From Nitrospirota bacterium (GTDB lineage: Bacteria; Nitrospirota; UBA9217), in the NCBI GenBank assembly GCA_963751455.1, contig CAVVUN010000015.1, positions 1,472,001-1,536,000 of the forward strand: a DNA stretch of 64,000 bases, given 5' to 3'. The notes beneath the pieces are model-generated. The model saw nothing but the letters and a program-made list of their open reading frames with translations. It was not told the origin of the DNA and did no database searches. The stretch's first letter is position 1; every line of letters starts with the position of its first letter. Shown one piece after another: positions 54,801 to 64,000 of this stretch. Both the position numbers and the translations under genes were made by a program.

Positions 54801-57800
54801 TCGTTTACGGACTCTGCGAGGGCAGCAACAAGATTACGGCCTTTGCAGTTGATGCGGCGAACAACTACAGCTCATCGGCGCAGATGACGTTTACCGTGGA
54901 TACCAGGCCTCCGGCTGACCCGGTTGTCAATACTCCCGTTTCACCGACCAAGCAGAGTTCGATAACCTTGACGGGAACAAAGGAAACGGGCTCGTATTTG
55001 TTTGTCAATTATGTAAATACCTCTGCAGCATATGCTGGTACGTCGTGGAGTTATGTCGTCAACCTTGATGAAGGGGAAAACTATATTGTTGTCTATGTCC
55101 AGGACGAAGCGGGGAACCCCAGCCAGTCCGTAATCTTGACCGTGGTCAAGGACACTACGGCACCCGAGATATCGTCTTCGACCCCGGCGGCCGACTCCTT
55201 TATTACCCAGGCGGACAGTATCGATATTTTGCTCTATGATGCGCACTCGTCCGTCAATTTGAATGCCTCGCTCAACGGCGCGTCAGTCAGGAACACAGCA
55301 ACAAATACCGCAGTTGGCGGCGCATGGAGCGTGCAGCAAGGGCGCCTTATTTTCACGAGAAACACGACCGTCGGCATGCCCGACGGAATCTATATGGTCA
55401 CCGTCAACCCCGTGGACGCTCTTGGAAATGCGCGCACTGCAAACTTTACCTTTACCCTTGATACGGCTCCCCCCGTTGTCCAGTCTTTCAGAATGGACCC
55501 GGCGAGCCCGCACAAGGCGGAAAACGTCTGGTTCACGGTCACCTTTAACGAAAATATGATGACGTCGGTGACTCCGACTGTAACATTCACGCGCGGGTTG
55601 TTCTTCAGCACCTATGGTGTTACGGAGGGGATGTGGATAAGCGGCGATACCTGGCAGGGAAATTATACATTAAAACCGGCTAACGGGGACGGCACATATG
55701 GCACATATACAGTAAAGATAATCGACGCCATGGATGCGGCCGGAAATATTATGGCTGACAAGTCCTTCCAGGATGCCTTTGTTCTCGATACCGTTGCCCC
55801 GAATCCTCCTGAACCGGCAGGAGTAGTTACTCCTACGAATGTCCCCAACCAGATTCTTACAGGAACCAAGCCGGCAGGGACCGCAATCTCGATCAACGGC
55901 ATCCAGATGGTGCCGGAGAATGCAAATACAACCTGGAGCTGCGATTATCCTCTTGGCGAGGGTGAGAATACGCTCAGTATCACTGCTCAGGACGCGGCAG
56001 GGAACGATTCTGCCCCCAGAACGGCTGTGATCGTTCTCGACACTACGCCGCCGCTGTTTACCATCAATCCGTATCAGAATCCGTCGCCTGTCGCAACGCA
56101 GACCCTGACCGGGTCCAAGGAGCCTGGTTCCATCGTGAAACTCAACGGAACACAGATTTTCGGCACGACGGACAACAGTACGACATGGTCATATTCCGTG
56201 AGAATGGGATCCGGCGTTACTCACCTGGTCTTCACCGCAGCCGATGCCCTCGGCAACACGCAGACTGAAATACTCGACATCCTCTACGACACTTCTGCGC
56301 CGCCGCCGCTCCTCCCGAATGTCCTCATTGCCGACGGAGCAGGTGATGGCACGGAAGTCAGCCTGTCATGGCCGGACTATCCCGCAACCGAGGACGTAGG
56401 ATATTATGCTGTGTACAAATCATCCGCGACCTTCAACAATGTTGCAGGAATGACGCCCATCGGTACAGTGACCAGTGGTATCGCAATGTATAAGGTTACA
56501 GGCCTGGTAAAAGGGACAACGTATTATTTTGCGGTCGTACCCGTGGACATGGCCGGGAACCAGACCAATACGGTTTATGCAGCGTCCGCAATTCCGATCG
56601 ACACCAAGGCCCCGGAAGAAGTGACTGATGCTGTTGCTCAGGCAGGTTATACCGCAACCCAGGGCAACTTCATCACTATTACGTGGACCCCGAGCATCAA
56701 CTCAACCGGTGATCTCGCCGGGCATATTGTGCGCCTGGACAGCGGGAACGGATATGACTCAGGCACGCCGCTCGGTAAGACCGCTACTACCTACACCAGG
56801 ACCGGGCTCAGCGATGCAACCTGGTATAAGTTTAAGATATCTGTCAAGGACACTGCCGGCTATGAAAGTGACGGCGTTATCATTGAAGCAGTCACGAGAC
56901 TGAATAATCCTTCGAATCTGAAGGCTGTACCGGGCACCGATAAAGTCACGCTTAGCTGGTCCCCGGTTATCTCTGCATACGTCAAGCAGTACAACATTTA
57001 TCGCGCGGACGGCGCCACAGCCCGCACCGACATCAGCGGTATGACCCGCATCGGCACAGCGTCCCCGGCCGATTCCGGCTATATCGACACCGGCGCAGTC
57101 AACGACTCCACCTATCAGTATGCGGTGACTGTTGAAAATATCTCCGGAGCGGAGCGGACCAGCGTCCAGAGCGTGAGCGCAACTCCACGGACCGACTCCT
57201 CGGGCCCGGTGATCGACACGTTCAGCCTTGCCGCCGGCCAAGTCGTTTCATCGCCCATAACGATTACGGCGACTGCTCACGATGCCGACAGCACAATGGG
57301 CTGGATGGAGCTTTCGATAGATGGCACCGTTGTCTCGACACAGGAGGGAGAAAGCGCATCGTACGTCTGGAACGTGGCGGCCGTGAGCGACGGCAACCAC
57401 GTGGTCAAAATCAAGGCCGTTGACGGCAAAGAAAAATTTACTGAAATAGCGCGTACGGTCATCGTGAGCCTGGCCCAACCTGCGATGCCTGCGATAACCG
57501 ACCATGTTGTTTCCCAGACCACCCCGACATATATGGTAAGCGTCTCCGGTACGGCCCCGCTCTTCACAACGGTCATCCTTAAAGTGAACGGTGTCGTGGT
57601 AGGTCAGACGCCTGTTTCTCCCAACGGCGAAGTGGGTGTGTTTACCTTTGATACAATAGCGCTTAAAGAGGGAGACAATGTCTTATCGGTCAAGGCAAGC
57701 CACCGAGGGGGTGACAGTGCATATAGTCCCGCGTACCACGTCCTGGTGGATACCGGCGCTCCGCCCGCGCCCCAGAACCTTGCAGGTCAGGTACAACCGG

Positions 57801-60800
57801 GCGGTCTCATACGCTTCTCCTGGACCAGTCCGGCAGGAGAGATGCCGACAGGCTACAATCTGTACACGAGTTCCTCTTCCTTCAGCTCGAAGAACGATCC
57901 AGGTGTGACAAATACGGACGCATCACCGGTTACGCACCAGTATAAGGAATACAACCCCGGAGACGATGACCTTAGATACTACGCAGTCACGGGTATTGAT
58001 GGGGCTGGAAACGAAAGCCCGATATCGAATGTAATCTCGATTTCTTCGGACAGGACAGCCCCTGCTGTCCTGACAAGCGTACAATATACTTGAATTTTGA
58101 CATCATCACATTTTGAATCCCGTCACCGGTCATCGGAACCGTCAAGGTCTCGATAACTGTCAGCGAGCCTCTCAAAGAAACTCCGTTCTTCAGCCTCGAG
58201 CCGGAGGATGGGTCGGTTATCGTCGTGACCATGACCAGAGAATCTCCTCGCCCCTTGCGGGAGAGGGCGGGGGCGACGGGGAAGTCTACGAAGGCTCCTT
58301 TACGATTACGGCACAGAGCCCGACATGGACCGACAATGTATAAATTCTCGGGCAAGGACATGCTCGGGAATCGCGGCAATGCGGAGGGAACCGGCATTAT
58401 GATCGATGTGAAAGGTCCCGAGGCCTCAATCACGTCGCCCATGACTGCGCTCCGGATTACCACGGCTCCTGTGGCGGTGAGCGCCGTGCTTAGCGAAGCT
58501 TCAATCGGCACACCCTCGCTTACTCTCAAGGCAGAAGACGGTACAACCTCACTCGTAAGCGGCATGACATCAACGGACAACGGCGTTCACTGGACCGGTA
58601 CGATGAACATCTCCGGTATGCCCGAAGGCAAGGCAGAGTTCATCCTGGGCAACACAGCAGACCAGCTAGGGAACATCGGAACAGAGGTATCATCCGGAAG
58701 ATATATACTGGTTTATCAAGATGTCGTGCCGGCGCCCGGCGTTCCTGAAGGGCTTGCGGCAACATCCGAAAAAGCAGGCGCTGTTACGCTCACCTGGTAT
58801 CCGGTCAGCTATGAGTTTTCGTCGGTCGGCGGACAACAGGCAACAGTTACATACAATCTGTATCGTCGGGCAGAAGGAGAATCAAGTGCAACGAGGGTCC
58901 AGACGGGTATAGGTTCTTTAAATCCGCAATCCGGTGGCACCCAGCAGTCAACAATGACGCAGGACATTCCTCCTGCGGACGGCATTTACTATTATCTCCG
59001 TTACGGCTGTGGGCCTCCTGGGAAGCGAGGGCCCTGCATCCCCTGAAATTCGGGCATCCTCTGACAGGACCGGTCCTCCGGCGCCTGCTAACCTGTTGCT
59101 CTCTCTTGGCAGCGACGGCATCACCGCGACCTGGGACGCAGTCGTTGATTATCCATCCGAAATCGGCAATCCGCAATCCGCAATGCCTCTCAAGGGTTAT
59201 CACCTCTACCGGTCGAACGGACCGTTTGCTTCAACTTCGGACCTTACACCAATAGCTCTGGCCGGCAGCAATACCGCTGTGGACACGTCGCCATCTAAAG
59301 AATATCGCTTCTATGCGGTTGCGGCTGTTGACAGCCTCGGTAACGAAAGCACGCTTTCCGCGGTCAAAGACATCGACTTCCCGGTTTCTCCGGTAAGGGA
59401 CCTCGTGCTTCAGTGGATCGATGCCGGAGCGCCGATACTCACCTGGCTGGCGCCGCAGGACGGAACTGTCGCAGGCTACCACATCTACCGGAACAGAAGC
59501 CGCATCACTCAGAACCCGGTATTGGATCTTTCTTATACAGAAACCTATGCCGTCGTCAATACTATTTACGGCGTGTCCGTTGTGGACGACCTCGGGAATG
59601 AAAGCCCGATCAAGGAGGCAACCCTCCCGAACCTGGCGCTGAAGCTTAAGGACGGCACCTCGCTCAGGAGGGCAGTGCTCGAAACATTGTCCGTAATTCT
59701 GACATCAGGCCCGGGTGCAGGATTTACCATAGATTCTCTAGACGTCAAAATCGGCAATGCTCCGGTCAGCTCGTTACAGGGGCCGTTCACGCTTGGTTCT
59801 AATACCACTCTGCAGCTTGAAAAAACAGGAGCCACGGCAGCCAACGCGGTTTCGCCGGTGTCGGTTTACATCCAGGCAAACTGGTCTCCTTCGCCGGGCG
59901 TTACCATCAATCGCGGCAAGACCACATCAGCTACGGTCCTGGGGTCGAGCACGAGCCTTGAAATATTCAATGATCCGATTGTCCGGAGCACGGACGCCAA
60001 AGTACGGCTCAAAATAAATAATATCGGCACCGCGCAGATGGAGGTTGTGACAAGCGAAGCCGGCGGCGTAACCCATAAAGTGAAAGTCAATCTGAAGGAC
60101 CAGGACGGCAATCTCCTGTCAACCGGCTACCTTGATCAGCGTATCGGTGCTTTAATTGTAAACAGCGCGGAATACGCTGTTGCGCGGATCAACCCGAACG
60201 AAACTTTCATGACCGACCCGATTCTTCTGCCCGTGCCTGCTTCAGCCCCGAATAAAGTGATCGTCGAGGCAGTGGTCGAGAATACCTATTATCACTACTC
60301 AAGGCCGGACCAGGTCACTGCCCCGGGAATGAAGGGCTCAGCGGAGGCTTATATCCAGGAGACGGCATACAGGGCCGTTGCAGCGCCGGATAAGACCTTC
60401 TATACCATGGGCCAGCCGGTGGTCATCAGCGGATCAGCCATCAGCAATGAGCCGTCAGACAACAACCGGCTGGTGCCGAACGTGCCTGTGAAACTCGGCA
60501 TTTCAGTCAAGGGTTTCGACCGGTTCTACACTGTCACAACAGACAGCCAGGGACGATTCTCCTACACCTTCAGTCCAGGGAGCAACGAGGCAGGGGATTA
60601 TAGTATCTGGGCAGTGCACCCCGATATTACGGACAGGACCGTGCAAGCTGTTTTCTCATTAGCAGGGCTTTCCATAAATCCGTCTGCGGCCAATGTCAAA
60701 ATGGCCAGGAACCGCACACAAGACATACCGGTTACACTCGAGAACTACGGCGGAGGAACATTGTCGAGCATTACGTTTGAGACGTCATCAAGCGCAGGCG

Positions 60801-62296
60801 TCACTGCCGAGGTTATCGCTCCGTCTGCTCCAGAGGGCGGATTTATGTTGAGCGCAGGAGATAACAATGGAACTTACCTTCCGCATCTCCACTGATTCCA
60901 CGGCTCCTGACACAGTTTGGCCACGATGACGGCGCGGACGGCTCAGGACGTGTCAGTCAGCCTCACTGCAAACATCACTATTGTGAGCGTTATCCCGGTC
61001 ATCAGCACCACGCCGTCCTATATCGACACCGGTATGGTGCGTGGAGAGCAGAAGACCGACAGCTTCACACTTATGAATGTTGGTGAAGAGACGCTCAGGA
61101 ACGCCAGGATCGAAGGCCCGTCCACATCGTGGATGCGTCTTACCCGGGACAAGACGATAGGAGATATTGCTGCGGGTGGATCGGTCTCTGTCGGTTTTAT
61201 GTTCAGTCCACCGGACACACTTGCTCAGGGAGTTTATGAAGATAAAATTATAATTTATTCCGACAACCACATGCCATACAATTGCTTTATCCAGGTCACG
61301 GTGACGTCAACTGCCGTCGGCGACATCCTTTTCGATGTCCTGAACGAACTGATGCAGGACGTATCCGGCGCAACCATCACGTTCCAGAACCAGACCGTGT
61401 ACGAACTTATCTATACCGTCAATACCGAATCGGACGGGACGGTGATGAAGTACGATATTCCCGAGGGAAGGTATCTCTTCAATATCTCGGCTCCAAATCA
61501 CAAGCCAACGTCAGGTACATTTACGATAAGTCCCGGCCTGACTACAATGGTCTCGATCGCCCTTCAGGTGAACCTTGTCGACATCCAGTGGTCGGTCACA
61601 CCGGTAGTTATCGAAGACCGGTATGAGATAACAGTCAGCCAGACATTCGCCACGAATGTACCCGTGCCGGTCCTGGTCACGGAACCGCCGCTTGTGACCC
61701 TGCCTGTTCTTGAACCGGGACAGGTGTTCAATAGCGAATTCACGGTCACCAACAACGGCCTTATTGCGGCGGAGAACGTGATCATGAACTTTCCGACGAG
61801 TTTCAGTGAATATGATCTCGAAATTCTTTCAACCATACCGAAGACCCTTGCGGCACAGCAAAAAGTCGTTGTCTTGTACCGGGTGACGAGAAAGCCGACC
61901 ACAACTGCCATGAACCTCGAGGCAGAAGAGGCGGCTACTTCATATCCTTACGCCTCGCTCTTTACCGAGATCATGGGCTACGGCGGGACCTGCACAATGG
62001 CTACCGTGATCGGCGTTTCCGGCACCTATGAAATGTGCCCGAATACTGCGAACGAGTCCACGGGTTCGGCCGGTACAGGCCATACGATCGTGGCGCAGTA
62101 TGAATGCGGTGACAGTGGGTCGGCCATTGTATCCCTTCCGATTCCGAATATAGGAACCGTAGGCGGCTGGACGCAGAGCGGCGGAGGAGGCGGCGGCAGC
62201 GGACAAGGCGGCGGCATCGGCGGCGCGCCGATAACGCCTCTGGAGGATGACTGCTTCAGCCCGCCTCCACCATGTAGCTCACAATGTTGTAATTAA
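51881..62296 (+). pseudogene. Giant (~3470-codon) secreted beta-helix / Ig-like / FN3 surface protein, interrupted
   Basis: Signal peptide; beta-helix repeats; many DT.(A/P)P Ig-like and FN3 modules. ORF-track pieces 51845, 52640, 53414, 59009 and 60917 share one frame. Breaks: TAG 52493, TAG 53165, TGA 58091, and indels near 58120, 58240, 58322, 58996, 60863 and 60915. Confidence 0.8.
52199..53244 (+). repeat. Direct repeat: two identical 374-bp blocks at 672-bp spacing
   Basis: 52199-52572 matches 52871-53244 by eye. The flanks and a third copy near 53540-53765 are diverged. Confidence 0.85.
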
Positions 62297-62342
62297 TGTT
62301 TCCGGCGGTGGCGGCGGGCCTTGGTAAAGGTCGTAGAGCCGA

Positions 62343-63648
62343 ATGAATCATGATGAGGAGCAGATAGTGAAAAAGATAAGAAGACGGAGAGAAAGTTGCC
62401 TGTTATCTACAGTATCATTTCTGACGTTTCTCATGATAATATCCGGGACGAGCAAAGCCGCCGAAGTTGTGCCTGTTCCATATAATGAGAGCAGGTCGAC
62501 AACAAAGCCACGCCCAACGGTCGAGACTGGCAGCGAAGTTGAATACTCGTCCGGCACATATCACTTCACCGAAACGGACCTCCGGGTCTCCAGCCGAAGC
62601 ATTCCCATGGTATGGGACCGGAGCTACCGGTCCAGCCGGATCATGAAGAACAGCAACGGATCGTGGGAATGGGCAGCGCTTCCTGACGGCCGCCTGGGAT
62701 ATGGCTGGAATAATATCTGGCTCAGCAGGATCTCGGGCGACGCCTATATTAACGCTGAAGGAAGATATTTCTATTTCACTACGGACGAAAACGGAGAGTA
62801 TCTGTTCAATATGAAGGCAGGGTACACTCTTAAAAAGACAGACTCCGGCTATGAATTGCTTGAAAAAGACGGGAATACCTATACGTTCGATGCAAACGGC
62901 AAACTTACATCGATCAAAGAATGCTCCGTTCACAATTCCAGCCGAAGGGACGCATACGATCAACTATTACAGCAAGGACAATGTAACGAACACAGAGACC
63001 TACAAGACGCTTACCGTGATCGTGGACAACACATCACCAGTATCAACCATAACGGTCGGTACGCCTCAATACCGGTCTGACGGAAAACTTTATGTGGGCG
63101 GTAGCACAGGAATAACGATAGAGGCATCCGATGTGGTCAGCGGAATAAAAAGGACTGAGTACAGTATAGACGGAGGCGACTGGAACGCGTACGTTGCCCC
63201 ATTCACGCTGACATCATATACTGACGGCACTCACACCGTCCAGTACCGTTCGATTGATAATGTGACTAATCGGGAAGACACCCAAGAACTTGTCGTCGTT
63301 CTGGATACGACACCACCGCAGACAGTCATTTCGGCATCAGACGAGCTGATCGACGGCGTTATAAACGTAATTTCTCCGAAAACGTTCTTGACACTTACTG
63401 CCAATGATGTAAATTCAGGAGTAAAATCAATAGCTTATAGTATAAACGGTAGTGCATGGCAGGCGTATACAGGAAGCTTTAATTTTGCTGATGTAAGCGC
63501 TGGACAACACACGGTAGGGTTTAAAGCGACTGATAATGTACTGAATGAAGAGACTGAAAAAACCATAACCGTCCGCCTGGTCATCATCGAGGTGGAAAAG
63601 AAAATTGCGGTTGACTCCGTTGTCCTTGTAGGGTTCGAAAGCGATAAA
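62343..63648 (+). pseudogene. Rhs/YD-repeat protein (DUF6531-like start) with an internal deletion, fused out of frame to Ig-like repeats and truncated by an IS
   Basis: Signal-like N-terminus; G.Y...ETDL......M.W.RSY.S..G.LGYGW; first YD-like repeat (YTFDANGKLTSIK). Near 62920 it jumps frame into EGTHTI.YYS.DNV.N.E repeats. Confidence 0.7.
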
Positions 63649-64000
63649 CCTAAAAACGGCAGTTGAGTCTATTTTCACATTGGCTGAGGCAGCAAAGCTG
63701 GCGTCGAGAGGGGTTTCCCCTTCAGGATTTTGTTGAATGCACGGCTTAAGATCAACCTCCAACGTTCCGCCTGCGTCAACTGCTCCGCAGTTTCCCGGAG
63801 TCTTCTCAGAAACAGGGCGATCTCATTGAGCGTGCCCTGTATTTTCTCCGTCTTTGCGTGAGCGCTTGTAATGGTCACGGTAGTCTGGCTCTGGTGATAT
63901 GTTTGTTTGGCGACCGCATGAAGAAGCAACGGCCGGCTCGTAACAGCCTCCAGATGCTTGTCCGGTCGGGCGAGCCGCACAAAGAGGGACCACCAGTTGT
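63649..64000 (-). mobile_element. Insertion sequence end with transposase C-terminus (IS1380-like, tentative)
   Basis: The minus ORF runs off the window (NWWSLFVRLARPDKHLEAVTSRPLLL..AEQLT...RW..IL) and stops at 63675. Terminal repeat CCTAAAAACGGCAGTTG at 63649-63665 cuts the upstream gene. Confidence 0.65.

Noticed and set aside
58091-58093. Selenocysteine TGA in the giant gene
   Set aside because: Not a redox-motif context, no evident SECIS hairpin, and a frameshift follows within 30 bp.
1-64000. tRNA or rRNA genes
   Set aside because: None recognised by eye; a tRNAscan/Infernal run would be needed to exclude them.

Overview
Chromosomal window from a moderately GC-rich bacterium. Gene content suggests an anaerobe such as Nitrospirota/Desulfobacterota (inference). 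Main result: a complete 14-subunit complex I operon (nuoA-N, 15.7-34.6 kb) with the usual NADH module replaced by an HndA/B/C (HydC/D/B)-type module carrying the sequence hallmarks of flavin-based electron bifurcation. Between nuoD and nuoE lies a five-gene DRTGG / CBS-kinase / DRTGG / PHP / HATPase cassette, known mainly from bifurcating [FeFe]-hydrogenase operons, although no hydrogenase catalytic subunit is present. Other highlights: an archaeal-type Hel308/Ski2-like helicase; a B12-radical-SAM gene coupled to an orphan HisKA_3 kinase; a kinase with two tandem NarL-type regulators and a lipoprotein cluster; a compact class II ribonucleotide reductase; and a ~10.4 kb giant beta-helix/Ig/FN3 surface-protein gene interrupted by two identical in-frame TAG codons and several net-zero frameshifts. 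That gene is followed by an internally deleted Rhs/YD gene cut by an IS, whose terminal repeat matches a TSD-flanked MITE at 39.9-40.2 kb. Palindromic 7- and 9-mer repeat elements fill many intergenic gaps. All family calls come from motif recognition by eye; no database searches were run.
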